From: Candidatus Aminicenantes bacterium
GTDB lineage: Bacteria; Acidobacteriota; Aminicenantia; Aminicenantales; JAFGAV01
Direction: 5' to 3'
DNA: 64,000 nucleotides
Assembly (NCBI GenBank): GCA_016933515.1
Contig: JAFGAV010000113.1
Location: forward strand, 19,023 to 83,022
Position 1 is the stretch's first letter; the number at the start of each line of letters is the position of its first letter. Under the pieces are notes generated by a model. The model was not told the DNA's origin, did not search any database, and was given only the letters and a program-made list of their open reading frames with translations. The position numbers and the translations under genes were made by a program. Shown in pieces: positions 40,806 through 50,839 of this stretch.

Positions 40806-40955
40806 GCGCAACCCGCCGGCGCCGAACGGCTCATGTCCTCTCGGGGCGAAAAGAATTCAAGAGAGCCGGACGCCGAATTCACAATGAGGCCGGCGATGGA
40901 CTTGGGGTTCAACCGGCACGTTGACACGTCCGCCCGGGCCGACTACATTGAGAGC

Positions 40956-42044
40956 ATGGAAGACATCCCGTCCCAGGGAAGCCTGAGCGATCATCCGCTG
41001 CCCCGGCTCCTCCACCTCTTGTGGCGGCAAAAAAAGACGGGCCGTCTCAGCGTCACCGGGCCGCGAGAGGAAGTCCGGTTGAGCCTGATGAGAGGGCTTC
41101 TCGCCCTGGATCGGGAAGCGCTGGACGAAAAACGCTTTCTGAAGCATCTCGGCGACCGGGGGCTGTTGACTCCCGCCCGGAAACGGCGCCTGCGAAGCCT
41201 GGCGAGCGGCAAAACCCGGCCTCTCCTCCAGCGTCTTGCCCAGAAGGGCGTTCTCGACTCCGCCCTCCTGTGGCGCGAACTCGAGGCCCATTTCCAAAAC
41301 CGTCTCGTCGGGATGTTCGAATGGCCCGACGGCCGGTTCGATTTCTCTTCGTCCTCAACCTTGGATCTTGATCTGCTGCTGGCCGGGATGCCCACTTCCG
41401 ACCTGATCCTGTCGGGCATCAGGCGCATGGCGCGACTGGAAGCCGTCGACAAATGGCTCGCGCGGGACCAGTTGCTCTGGCAGGCCTTTTCGCCGGCGCA
41501 TCCGGGCCCCGCGGTTCTCGAACCGCACGAACGTTACATCCTTCATCAGCTTTCCGAAGGACGGACCGTGGCGGACATTCTGTCCCTCAGCCATCTGTCG
41601 CGGCCCGAAACGTCCAAGGCCCTTTTTGCCCTGGCCTGCACGGGTCTGGCCGGCCCGTCCGTCTCCCGTCCTCATTCCAGGACGCCCTCTGATTTTTCCT
41701 TTTCCAATTACGAAAAAATTCTGAGCCATTTCAAAAACAAGGCCGGCATCATTTACCGCTACGTCTCCAAAGAAGTCGGCCCCGTGGCCATGAGCATCAT
41801 GCGCCAAGCCCTGGAAGAGGTCAATGCCTGGCTGGGGCCGGGATTGCCCAAAGTGACCCTCGATTCCGACGGCTGCCCGGACGTCAAGGCCCTGCTGCGC
41901 GGCCACGCCGGACTGTTCCGCGAAGATGACTCCAAAAACCTTTTCCGCATCCTGGACGAAATCCTGGCTGCGGAAGTCCTCATGGTCAAACGAACCCTGG
42001 GCGGCGAACACGAGTCCGCCTTGGTGAGAGCCCTGGAACGATGA
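40956..42044 (+). CDS. DUF4388 domain-containing protein
   Basis: The N-terminal 'GSLSDHPLPRLLHLLWRQKKTGRLSV' fits the DUF4388 (PatA-N-like) start. The start was taken at MEDIP rather than the ORF-track 40833. Confidence 0.5.
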   Translation: MEDIPSQGSLSDHPLPRLLHLLWRQKKTGRLSVTGPREEVRLSLMRGLLALDREALDEKRFLKHLGDRGLLTPARKRRLRSLASGKTRPLLQRLAQKGVLDSALLWRELEAHFQNRLVGMFEWPDGRFDFSSSSTLDLDLLLAGMPTSDLILSGIRRMARLEAVDKWLARDQLLWQAFSPAHPGPAVLEPHERYILHQLSEGRTVADILSLSHLSRPETSKALFALACTGLAGPSVSRPHSRTPSDFSFSNYEKILSHFKNKAGIIYRYVSKEVGPVAMSIMRQALEEVNAWLGPGLPKVTLDSDGCPDVKALLRGHAGLFREDDSKNLFRILDEILAAEVLMVKRTLGGEHESALVRALER

Positions 42045-42125
42045 ACGGACCTCCGATCTCCCGCCGCCAGCTTCTGGGACTGCTTGCGTTCCTGTCTCTT
42101 TTGGCCGCCGGGGTCCTGGTGACGC

Positions 42126-43049
42126 TTGGACGCTAGCGCCAAATTCGCCCTCATCATTCTCGGCCCGACGGCCGTAGGGAAAAGCGGTCTCGCTCTCTTT
42201 CTGGCCCGCCGGTTCGGGGGGGAGATCGTCAACGCCGATTCCATGCAAGTCTACAGGGGATTCGACATCGGCACGGACAAACCGGAGGCTTCGGACAGGG
42301 CGGATGTCCCCCACCACCTTCTGGATATGCTCGATCCCGAAATCCAGTTTACGGCCGCGGATTTCGCCCGCCTGGCCTCCGCCGCCGTGAGGGACATCGA
42401 CTCCCGGGGGCGGCTTCCCATCGTCGTCGGAGGAACAGGGCTTTACCTCAAGGCTTTGACGGACGGCCTTTTCCCGGGTCCGGGGAGCGATCGTCTTGTT
42501 CGGCGCAGGCTCGAAGAAGAGGCGCACGTCCGGGGAGTGGAAAGCCTTCACCGCCGCCTGGCGGACGTCGATCCCGAATCCGCCCTCCGGATCTCGCCCC
42601 GGGACAAAATCCGCATCCTCCGCGCCCTGGAAGTCTTCTCCCTGACCGGAATCCCCCTGTCGCTGCATTTCAGGAAGACCGAGCCGCCTCTGAAGGATTT
42701 TCAGCTGGTTCGAATTGGTTTACAATTGGAACGGCGGGAGCTTGTGAGGAGGATCGAACTCCGCGTGGACAGAATGTTCGAACGAGGCATCGTCCAGGAA
42801 GCGAAGGCCTTGCTGCAGCAAGGTTTCAAACGGGAGGCCCCTCCGTTTCGGGCTCTCGGCTACCGGCACGTGCTTGTGGCTCTCGAAGGTTCGATCACCG
42901 CCGCGGAGGCCGCGGCCTTGACCAAGCGGGACACACGCCGGTATGCCAAGCGCCAAATGACCTGGTTTCGGAAAATGAAGGACATCGTTTGGTTCCAAGC
43001 CGACGACCGTCAGGCCGCGGCCGAGTACGTAAAGGCACGTTTGAACTGA
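42126..43049 (+). CDS. miaA: tRNA dimethylallyltransferase
   Basis: Has the P-loop 'GPTAVGKS', 'VNADSMQVYRG' and 'VVGGTGLY'. TTG start: it is the first start after an in-frame stop and there is no upstream ATG. Confidence 0.85.
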   Translation: MDASAKFALIILGPTAVGKSGLALFLARRFGGEIVNADSMQVYRGFDIGTDKPEASDRADVPHHLLDMLDPEIQFTAADFARLASAAVRDIDSRGRLPIVVGGTGLYLKALTDGLFPGPGSDRLVRRRLEEEAHVRGVESLHRRLADVDPESALRISPRDKIRILRALEVFSLTGIPLSLHFRKTEPPLKDFQLVRIGLQLERRELVRRIELRVDRMFERGIVQEAKALLQQGFKREAPPFRALGYRHVLVALEGSITAAEAAALTKRDTRRYAKRQMTWFRKMKDIVWFQADDRQAAAEYVKARLN

Positions 43050-44314
43050 TGGACCGCGCCATTCTGATCCACGTGTCCCTTTCGGCGCGGGAAAAGGCCG
43101 AAGCCGATTCTTCTCTCGACGAACTGGCCGGCTTGACCCGGGCCGTAGGTGCGGCAGTCGTCCACCGGTTGAGGCAAAACCGGATCCGGCCCAGCCCGCG
43201 GACCTTCATCGGCGAAGGGAAAGTCCGGGAGTTGGCTCTCCTGGCCGAGGAACTCCGGGCCGACCTCATCGTCTTCGACCGCAACCTGACTCCCGTACAG
43301 CAGCGCAGCCTGGAGGATTCCCTGCCCGCCCGGGTCGTCGACCGAACTCAACTCATTCTGGACATCTTCGCCCGTAGGGCGGCTTCCCGCGAGGGAAAGC
43401 TCCAAGTCGAGTTGGCTCGTCTGATGTACCGGCTTCCCCGGTTGACGGGCAAGGGCAAGACGTTCTCCCAGCCGGGCGCCGGGATCCGGACCCGGGGCCC
43501 CGGAGAGCAGAAGCTCGAGGAGGACCGGCGCCGCATCCAGAGCCGCATCACCGGAATCAAGCGGCAAATCCGGAGCCTCGGCCTGCGGCGGGCCGGACAG
43601 CGATCGAGCCGCCGGAAATCCCCCATGCCCGTCGTGTCCCTGGTGGGTTACACCAGCGCCGGCAAATCCACGCTGTTCAACGCCCTCTCCCGGGAACGCG
43701 CCTTCACCTCGCCCATGCTTTTCGCCACGCTCGATCCCGTCCTCAGGCGCGTTTCTTTCCCGGACGGCCTCTATTTTCTGCTGAGCGATACGGTCGGCTT
43801 CCTCCGCAACCTCCCCGTAGAGCTCGTCACCGCTTTCCGCGCCACGTTGGAGGAAATCCGCGAGTCGGACTGCATTTGCCACGTCATCGACCTCGCCTCT
43901 CCCCGGAGCGGAGAGCAGGCCGAGGCTGTGGAGAACGTTTTGGCCGACATCGGCGCCGGCGACATCCCTCTCGTGCGTGTCTTCAACAAGATCGACCTCC
44001 TTCCCGGACGCGAGGGGCTCCTGTCCCCCGGAGAGAGGCCGGGCGCCGCCGGCCGGGCCTATGTTTCGGCCAAGACGGGCGAAGGCATCCCCGACTTGAA
44101 ACGCCTCTTGCGGGGAATCCTTTTCCAGGACCGGCGCCTGTTCCGCTTCAGGCTGCCGGGCGACCGCCGCGCCCTGCTTCCCGAAATCGCCGAACGGGGA
44201 GTCATCCTCAAGACGGCGGAAAGCCCGGACCATGTCGATCTGACCCTCATGGCCCGGCCGGAGTCGGTCAGGGACCTTCTTCCCGAGTTTGCCGAAGGAG
44301 AACCGCTATGTTGA
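43049..44314 (+). CDS. hflX: GTPase HflX
   Basis: Has the HflX N-domain, G1 'GYTSAGKST', 'DTVGF' and 'NKIDL'. The start overlaps the miaA stop. Confidence 0.85.
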   Translation: MDRAILIHVSLSAREKAEADSSLDELAGLTRAVGAAVVHRLRQNRIRPSPRTFIGEGKVRELALLAEELRADLIVFDRNLTPVQQRSLEDSLPARVVDRTQLILDIFARRAASREGKLQVELARLMYRLPRLTGKGKTFSQPGAGIRTRGPGEQKLEEDRRRIQSRITGIKRQIRSLGLRRAGQRSSRRKSPMPVVSLVGYTSAGKSTLFNALSRERAFTSPMLFATLDPVLRRVSFPDGLYFLLSDTVGFLRNLPVELVTAFRATLEEIRESDCICHVIDLASPRSGEQAEAVENVLADIGAGDIPLVRVFNKIDLLPGREGLLSPGERPGAAGRAYVSAKTGEGIPDLKRLLRGILFQDRRLFRFRLPGDRRALLPEIAERGVILKTAESPDHVDLTLMARPESVRDLLPEFAEGEPLC

Positions 44315-45633
44315 AAAAAACCGCCGCCCTGTTTCTGGCCCTCGCTCTCAGCGGGGCCTGCGCCACCTGGCAAGCCCCTCTCCCCACATTCCACGTCGAC
44401 AATCTCCCTCCCGGATCGGTCACCGCCCTGACGCTCGAAGAGCGCATCATTCTCGAGGAAGCCTGGTCGCGGATCCGACGTGGAGACGCCAAGGGCGCCG
44501 AGAAGCTCTTTTTCCGCCTCGGGGCCGACAACTCCTTTTACGAAGCGGGCCTGGGATACGTGGCCCTTCTCCGGGAACAGGATCAGGCGGCCGAAACGCT
44601 TTTGCTCGAATCCCTGAACGTATACCCGGAGATGACCGTCAGCCGCATCGGCCTGGCCCAGCTCTACCAAAAAACGGGCCGCATCGACGCCGCCTTCAAC
44701 GAATATTTGGAGGTCTTGAAGATCGACCCTGAGAACGCCTGGGCCCTCAGGGAAAGCGAGGCCATCCGCGAGCGCCAGACGGAAATTCTCCTGCGCGAAG
44801 GCGTGGCGCACTTCGAACAGGGCTCGATCGAGGAAAGCAAGGAAGCCTTCAACAAGGCCCTTCACTACTCCCCGAAATCCCTGGAAGCGCATCTCAATCT
44901 CGGCCGGCTTTACATGAAAGAGAACCAGCCCAACAACGCTCTCGTGCATCTGGACGCCGCGGCGGCCGCGGCCCCGAAAAACCAGGAGATCCTGAGGGAA
45001 TACGCCGAGGCGCTTCTCCAAGCCGGACAATTCGGCCGAAGCCTGGAAGTGTTCGAGAAACTGCTGGACCTCGATCCCAAGAACAAGGACATTCTCGCGC
45101 AGGCGGAAAAGCTGAAGAACCGGCTGGGCATTTTCGAGCTGCCGAGCCAGTATGACCTGATTCCCGCCGCGGCCGCCGTCACGCGGGAGGACATGGCCGC
45201 CTTGATCGCGGTCAAGCTCAAGGATTTTCTGGAGGATCCCGGAACCCGCCCTCCGGTCATCATCGACATCGCCACGTCTTGGGCGTCCCGGCTCATCCTC
45301 AAGGTCGCTTCCTTGGGATTGATGGAGGTCTATCCCAACCACACGTTCGAACCCAAGCGGATCCTGTCGCGCGCCGAGACGGCCGAAATGGTCATGAACC
45401 TCGTGAATCACCTCAAGCGCCGCGGCGGGCGGCCGTTCATCCGCCAGTTTCCTCCGGAAATGATCCGGATTTCCGACGTTTCGACCGAAAACATTCATTA
45501 TCAATCCATCGTCGAAGTCGTCTCCCTGCAGCTCATGGATCTCGACCCGGAAAAATCGTTCCGCCCCGACCAGCCCGTTTCGGGCCGTGACGCCGTCCGC
45601 ATCCTCGACCTGATCCTCGCTCTCTTGAACTAG
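44308..45633 (+). CDS. TPR-repeat lipoprotein with SLH-like C-terminal segment
   Basis: Has the lipobox 'LALSGC', 4-5 TPR repeats, and C-terminal 'ILSRAETAEMVMNLV', an SLH-like motif. GAAGGAG RBS. The part of ORF 43876 upstream of 44308 overlaps hflX and is an artefact. Confidence 0.6.
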   Translation: MLKKTAALFLALALSGACATWQAPLPTFHVDNLPPGSVTALTLEERIILEEAWSRIRRGDAKGAEKLFFRLGADNSFYEAGLGYVALLREQDQAAETLLLESLNVYPEMTVSRIGLAQLYQKTGRIDAAFNEYLEVLKIDPENAWALRESEAIRERQTEILLREGVAHFEQGSIEESKEAFNKALHYSPKSLEAHLNLGRLYMKENQPNNALVHLDAAAAAAPKNQEILREYAEALLQAGQFGRSLEVFEKLLDLDPKNKDILAQAEKLKNRLGIFELPSQYDLIPAAAAVTREDMAALIAVKLKDFLEDPGTRPPVIIDIATSWASRLILKVASLGLMEVYPNHTFEPKRILSRAETAEMVMNLVNHLKRRGGRPFIRQFPPEMIRISDVSTENIHYQSIVEVVSLQLMDLDPEKSFRPDQPVSGRDAVRILDLILALLN

Positions 45634-45644
45634 CCGGATCGGAT

Positions 45645-46271
45645 ATGAGCGATCCCGCTTCCCCGCCCCGAGCCGGCTTGTGGACCGCGCCCAATCTCTT
45701 GAGCCTCGCCCGCATCCTTCTCGTCCCCGTCTTTCTGTGGGTCCTGACGTCCGGGAGGCCGCAGGCGGCGTTTTTCGTCTTTTCCGCCGCGGCCGCCACG
45801 GATTTTCTCGACGGATTGGCCGCCCGCCTTCTCAGGCAGAAATCGCGTTTGGGGCTTTTCCTCGATCCCGCGGCCGACAAGCTGCTGATGACCGCCGCCT
45901 TCATCGCCTGCGCCTGGCCGGGCGTCTGCCGGCCCAACGCCCTCCCCCCGGCGTTGACAGTGGTCGTCGTTTCCCGGGACCTGGCCATCGTCCTCGGCGC
46001 CTGGATTCTTTACCGGGCGGCGGCCGTCAAAAGCTTCGCGCCCTCCCTGTGGGGAAAAATCAGCACGATCTGCCAAATGGCCTGTCTTTTTTCGGTCCTG
46101 CTGTTCAACGCCCTGAATGTGAAGCCGGCCGGCTTTCTGGCGGCCGCATACGTCCTGACTCTGGCAACCACGCTCCTGTCGGCGGGACACTACTTCTGGG
46201 AGGGATTCGTCAAAGTGCTGGCCCGTCGGCCGACGTCCCGGGGAGGGGCTACTTCACGCTCCGGTCGATGA
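45645..46271 (+). CDS. CDP-alcohol phosphatidyltransferase (PgsA-like)
   Basis: Has the 'DFLDGLAAR...G...D.AADK' CDP-OH-P transferase motif. Confidence 0.75.
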   Translation: MSDPASPPRAGLWTAPNLLSLARILLVPVFLWVLTSGRPQAAFFVFSAAAATDFLDGLAARLLRQKSRLGLFLDPAADKLLMTAAFIACAWPGVCRPNALPPALTVVVVSRDLAIVLGAWILYRAAAVKSFAPSLWGKISTICQMACLFSVLLFNALNVKPAGFLAAAYVLTLATTLLSAGHYFWEGFVKVLARRPTSRGGATSRSGR

Positions 46272-47703
46272 ATCCCTTGCGGAGCGTCATCCACGCGATC
46301 TTCAAATCCAGCGCCAGGGACCAATTCTGCATGTAATAGAAATCGAACTCCAGCCGCTTCTCGATCGAGGTGTCCTGGCGCAAGCCGTGGACCTGAGCCC
46401 AGCCGGTGATGCCGGACTTCACCTTGTGGCGGAGCATGTACTTGGGGATCTTTTCGCGGAAATCCCTGACGAAAAAGGGGCGCTCCGGCCGGGGCCCGAT
46501 AAGGCTCATCTGGCCGCGCAGGACATTGACCAGCTGCGGAAATTCGTCGATGCTGTACCTGCGCAGAAAGCGTCCGACGCGCGTCATCCGCTTGTCCCCG
46601 GGCTGGCACATGACCGGGCCGCTGTTTTTCTCCGCGTCGCTGACCATGGTTCGAAACTTGATGAGATCGAAGGCTCTGCCGTCCAGTCCGACGCGCTCCT
46701 GCTTGTAAAACACGGACCCCCGGGACGTCAGCTTGACAAGAAGGCTCACCACGAGAAACAGGGGCGAGAGCAGGAGGAGCAGCACCCCGGAGACGACCAG
46801 GTCGATCGCTCGCTTGACCGCCAGTTTTCCTCCCCGCAGGGACACCTCATCGATGGAAATGACCGGGATGCCGTCCAGATCCTGGATGTTGGACTTCAGC
46901 GTCAGGAGCTGGAAGAGATCCGGAATGAGGCGCACGCGGACGGTGTGTTTGTGAACGACCTTGAGCGTCTCCAGAATCTGTGCATAATTGCCTAAGTCCA
47001 GGGCGACATACACCTCTTGAATGTCCCCCGCCTCGAGGACCGCCGCCAGGGATTCGAGGGGACCGAGGACCCGGACGCCGACGCCGTCGATATCGACGGT
47101 CTCTCCCGCGGGCACCTCGTCGTCGAGGAAGCCCTTCAGGACATAGCCCAGGTCTTTATATTGAATGATTTTTTGGGCGACGGTGCGTCCCATCTCGCCC
47201 GCGCCGACGATGATCACGTTCTGGAGATTCAGCCCCCGGGCGTAGCGACGCTTTAAAAGGAAATAAATCTGGTTGCGCAGGAAGGAAATGAGCAGAATGA
47301 CCGACGCGAAGTACACCGCCAGAAAACCGTGGGAGAGCTTGAAACTGATTCGGAACAGAGGGGAGGTTCCGGTGCTGTAGGCGTAGAGGTAGTTCAGGAC
47401 GGCCTGGACGAGGAGGATTGTGATCCCGGCGTTGAGGGAGATGAGAATGAAATCGTCGAATTTGGTCCGCTTCAGGCGCGAACGATAAAATCCCTGAAGG
47501 TAAAAGATGAAAAGGTGCAATCCCAGAAACAGGGGAAAGACCAGGATGTAATCGGACAGGGGCGGAATCCCCTTGGCCGGATCCACGGGGATGATGTAGG
47601 CGTAAAAGCGGAAGGCGTAAGAATAAAAATAGGCGGCCAACACCCCCAGGACGTCGCCCACGAGAAACAGGCCGATCAGCCGGATGCGCTTTTGGGTGAT
47701 CAC
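46249..47703 (-). CDS. undecaprenyl-phosphate hexose-1-phosphate transferase (WbaP/exopolysaccharide priming glycosyltransferase)
   Basis: Has 4 N-terminal TMs, a Rossmann-like linker, and a C-terminal sugar-transferase domain with '[11 protein letters not shown]'. Confidence 0.8.
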   Translation of the reverse strand: MITQKRIRLIGLFLVGDVLGVLAAYFYSYAFRFYAYIIPVDPAKGIPPLSDYILVFPLFLGLHLFIFYLQGFYRSRLKRTKFDDFILISLNAGITILLVQAVLNYLYAYSTGTSPLFRISFKLSHGFLAVYFASVILLISFLRNQIYFLLKRRYARGLNLQNVIIVGAGEMGRTVAQKIIQYKDLGYVLKGFLDDEVPAGETVDIDGVGVRVLGPLESLAAVLEAGDIQEVYVALDLGNYAQILETLKVVHKHTVRVRLIPDLFQLLTLKSNIQDLDGIPVISIDEVSLRGGKLAVKRAIDLVVSGVLLLLLSPLFLVVSLLVKLTSRGSVFYKQERVGLDGRAFDLIKFRTMVSDAEKNSGPVMCQPGDKRMTRVGRFLRRYSIDEFPQLVNVLRGQMSLIGPRPERPFFVRDFREKIPKYMLRHKVKSGITGWAQVHGLRQDTSIEKRLEFDFYYMQNWSLALDLKIAWMTLRKGFIDRSVK

Positions 47704-48818
47704 GAACGCCCCGCCTGCTCAACCCATGCCCGGCGGATGAGCCGGGACATGCGGTTCTTGAAGATCGTCCGGGAAAATTTCATGGCAAAGTTCCGCGCGG
47801 TGTTTTTATTAAAGGGGAGCCGTTCCAAATTGTCAAGGGCCCGCTCGAGACCGGAAACGGTCGGCGCATCGTACAGAATCCCCGTCATTCCCTGAAGAAC
47901 CGTTTCCGCCGCCCCGCCCCGCCCGTAGGCCACGACCGGAATCCCGCACGCCTGCGCTTCCAGGGTCGCGATGCCGAAATCTTCTTCCCAAGGCTGGAGA
48001 AGCGCCCGGGCGCTCCGGTAGGCGCGGAGCAGCTCTTCCGGAGACAGGTTCCCGAGAAAACGGATGTTGGGCCGGGCCGCCTTTTTCAGCCTCTTCAGGT
48101 CGGGACCCCGCCCGACGACGCGCAGCTCCCGCCCCGACCGGTTGAACACTTCGATCGCCAGGTCGATCCTCTTGTAGGGCACGAGGGCCGAGACGATGAG
48201 GAAGTGATCTTCGGTCTTCTCGGGGCCGGGACGGAAGAAATCGGCGTCCACCGGCGGCGGGACGACCTCCGCCCGGCGGCGGTAATACTTGGCGATGCGG
48301 CGGGCGACGTTCTTCGAATTGGCCACAAAGAGGTCCGTCCGGGCCGAAGAAGACTCATCCCAAAGACGAAGGAAGTGGACGACGGGCGGAACGGCCCACC
48401 GGGAAAGGGGCCCCATCCGGGACGGGGAAAAATAGGTGTGATACTCGTTCCAGGCGTAACGCATCGGGGAATGGACATAGCTCACGTGGAGGGCGTCCGG
48501 ACGGGGAATGATTCCTTTGGCCGCGCAGTGCGAGCTCGAGACGACGAGGTCGTAGTCCTGAAGGTCGAAGAGCTCGACGGCCAGGGGATAGAGCGGCAGG
48601 TAAGAACGGTATTTCGTCCGGGCAAGGGGCATCCTCTGGAGAAAACTGGTGTGGATTTTCCTCTTCTCGATGTCGGGAACCTGGCTGCCGCGGACGTGAA
48701 ACAGAGTGTAGACGGGCGCGCCGGGAAACATTTCGGCCAGGGCTTCGAGGACCTTCTCCCCTCCCCTTTGTCCCGTCAGCCAGTCGTGAACCAGGGCGAC
48801 TTTTTCGGGCGCTTTCAT
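47700..48818 (-). CDS. glycosyltransferase family 4
   Basis: GT-B fold with the 'EEDFGIATLEAQACGIPVVA' E-X7-E motif. Confidence 0.75.
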   Translation of the reverse strand: MKAPEKVALVHDWLTGQRGGEKVLEALAEMFPGAPVYTLFHVRGSQVPDIEKRKIHTSFLQRMPLARTKYRSYLPLYPLAVELFDLQDYDLVVSSSHCAAKGIIPRPDALHVSYVHSPMRYAWNEYHTYFSPSRMGPLSRWAVPPVVHFLRLWDESSSARTDLFVANSKNVARRIAKYYRRRAEVVPPPVDADFFRPGPEKTEDHFLIVSALVPYKRIDLAIEVFNRSGRELRVVGRGPDLKRLKKAARPNIRFLGNLSPEELLRAYRSARALLQPWEEDFGIATLEAQACGIPVVAYGRGGAAETVLQGMTGILYDAPTVSGLERALDNLERLPFNKNTARNFAMKFSRTIFKNRMSRLIRRAWVEQAGRS

Positions 48819-50839
48819 CGCTGGAGATTATATGCCGTTTCGATCTCTTGATACAACGTCCCGGTCAGCTCCAACATCCGGTCGAGGTCGAAGTGCGCCG
48901 GGACGGATTTCCGCGCTGCGGCCGCCAAGCGGCGCCTCCGGGCGGGATCGTCCAGGAGCCCGTTGACGGCCCGTTCCAGCGCCGCGGAGTCGGCCGGAGG
49001 CACGAGGAGGCCGTTCTCGCCGTCCCGGATGACCTCGCGGGTGCCCTCGATGTCCGTGGCCACGATCGGACAGCCGGCCCGAGCCGCCTCGCCCAGCACA
49101 TAAGGCAATCCTTCCCAGAGCGAAGGAAGGGCGAAAACGTCAAACCGGCCCAGGATGCCGGTTGCGTCCGCCCGCTCGCCGAGAAAAATCACGGCGTCGC
49201 CGACTCCCAGGCGGCGGGCCTCCGCTTCGAGTTCCCGTCTTAAGGGTCCGCCACCGGCGATGACGACCCGGGTGCGGGGATGGGCCTTGACGATCCCGGG
49301 GACGGCTCGCAAAAGATGGATCAGGCCTTTTTGCCTGTGGAGTCTGGCCACCGTGCCGACGACGAAGTCCGTCCGTCCCAGACCGAGCTCCTTCGCGAGG
49401 CGGCCGGGCGTCCCGGCGGGGGGGGCGGATTGAAAATCGATGCCGTTTTTTATCAGCCGGAGCGTTCCGGCCGGCGCCAGCCTCAGAGCCGCAGCCTTAT
49501 CGAGGTCGGCCTGCGAGACGCAGACGACGGCGTCCGTCGAACGCGACATCCACCGCTCCAGAATCATGAAAAGCCGTCTCAGGAAGACGTTGCCGTAATG
49601 AAGGTAATGGATTCCGTGCAGAGTGTGAACGACTCCGGCCCCCGTCCCGCGGGCGGCCATCCGCCCGTAAAAGCCGGCCACGCCGCCGTGAGTGTGGACG
49701 ATGTCGAACGGGCGTTCCCGGATGAGCCGGCGCATGGCGCGGACGGGCCTCAGGCTCAACCTCTTCTCCAGGGGGAGCGCCACGTGCTCGATCCCCCGCC
49801 GCTCCAGCTCCCGGACGAGGGGCCCGCCGGCCGCGGAACAGACGGAGACTTGGAATTTTCTCTTGTCCAATCCCGCGGCCAAGAGGAGAACGGTCCGTTG
49901 GCCTCCGCCCAGAAACGGTTTGTCGATGACCTCCAGGACGCGGATGATGTTCCTCCGGCCCTCGGATTCCCCGGTCCGGAGCAGGCGGAGAAGCGCCCGG
50001 CCGAACGTCTTGGCCCGTGAATCCCTCCGCCGGAAGATCGCAGCCGCCCGGGCCTCAAATCCCAGGTAGGCCCGAAGCAGCCTCTGCGACAGCCGCGAGG
50101 CGTGCCGGCCGTAGAATCGGAGCTGGCTTCTCCGGTATTCGAGGCGGCTCCGGAGCGGAACGGCGGAGGCCGAGGCGCCGCCGGAGTGAAAAACGCGGGC
50201 CGGGGGGAAGAACAGCACCTTGTAATTCGCCTGCCGGATCCGATAGCAGAGATCGATGTCCTCGAAGTACAGAAAAAACCCTTCATCGAATCCGCCGCTC
50301 TTCTCCAGCGCCTCGCGCCGCACGATCAGACAGGCCCCGCTTGCCCAAGCGACCGAGCGCGGACGGCGCGTCGATTTCAGCCGGACCTTCCACACGGCGT
50401 TCAAGACGGTTTTCTGAACGAGCTCCTTGAAAAAATGAACCCGCCCGCCGAAAGACACCTGAAAGGATCTCGGTCCGGCGAGCAGCGCCGGTCCCGCCGC
50501 TCCGATGTCCGGACGAGCCTCCATCGCCCGCACGAGAACATCGAGGGCGCCCGGGAGCACCCGCGTGTCGGGATTGAGAAACAGAACGTGTCGTCCCCGG
50601 CTTTTTTGGATTCCCAGGTTGTTGGCCGCGGCGAAACCCGTGTTCCTCGTGTTGCGGACGAGCCGGACATTCGGAAAACTCCCGGCCACCATGTCCGCGC
50701 TTCCGTCGTCCGAGGCGTTGTCCACGACGAGGATGTCCCATTCCCGGCCGGCTCTCTCCCTTTCCAGGGAGGACAGGCAATCGGACAGGCAGTCTCGGGA
50801 GTTGTGGCTGACGACGATCACCGACAGTTCAACGGCCAC
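48815..50839 (-). CDS. bifunctional glycosyltransferase (N-terminal GT2, C-terminal GT4)
   Basis: The GT2 part has 'LSVIVVSHN', 'VVDNASDDGS' and 'YFEDIDLCYR'. The GT4 part has 'EGLPYVLGEAARAGCPIVAT'. The start was taken at the GTG at 50839 (GGAGAG RBS, overlapping the upstream stop). The Arg/Ser/Pro-rich upstream extension of the ORF is not coding. Confidence 0.7.
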   Translation of the reverse strand: MAVELSVIVVSHNSRDCLSDCLSSLERERAGREWDILVVDNASDDGSADMVAGSFPNVRLVRNTRNTGFAAANNLGIQKSRGRHVLFLNPDTRVLPGALDVLVRAMEARPDIGAAGPALLAGPRSFQVSFGGRVHFFKELVQKTVLNAVWKVRLKSTRRPRSVAWASGACLIVRREALEKSGGFDEGFFLYFEDIDLCYRIRQANYKVLFFPPARVFHSGGASASAVPLRSRLEYRRSQLRFYGRHASRLSQRLLRAYLGFEARAAAIFRRRDSRAKTFGRALLRLLRTGESEGRRNIIRVLEVIDKPFLGGGQRTVLLLAAGLDKRKFQVSVCSAAGGPLVRELERRGIEHVALPLEKRLSLRPVRAMRRLIRERPFDIVHTHGGVAGFYGRMAARGTGAGVVHTLHGIHYLHYGNVFLRRLFMILERWMSRSTDAVVCVSQADLDKAAALRLAPAGTLRLIKNGIDFQSAPPAGTPGRLAKELGLGRTDFVVGTVARLHRQKGLIHLLRAVPGIVKAHPRTRVVIAGGGPLRRELEAEARRLGVGDAVIFLGERADATGILGRFDVFALPSLWEGLPYVLGEAARAGCPIVATDIEGTREVIRDGENGLLVPPADSAALERAVNGLLDDPARRRRLAAAARKSVPAHFDLDRMLELTGTLYQEIETAYNLQR

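Noticed and set aside
43876-44307. ORF-track extension of the TPR/SLH lipoprotein reading through hflX in another frame
   Set aside because: It is Pro/Arg-rich nonsense overlapping a well-supported hflX. The signal peptide and lipobox begin at the ATG at 44308 with a consensus RBS.
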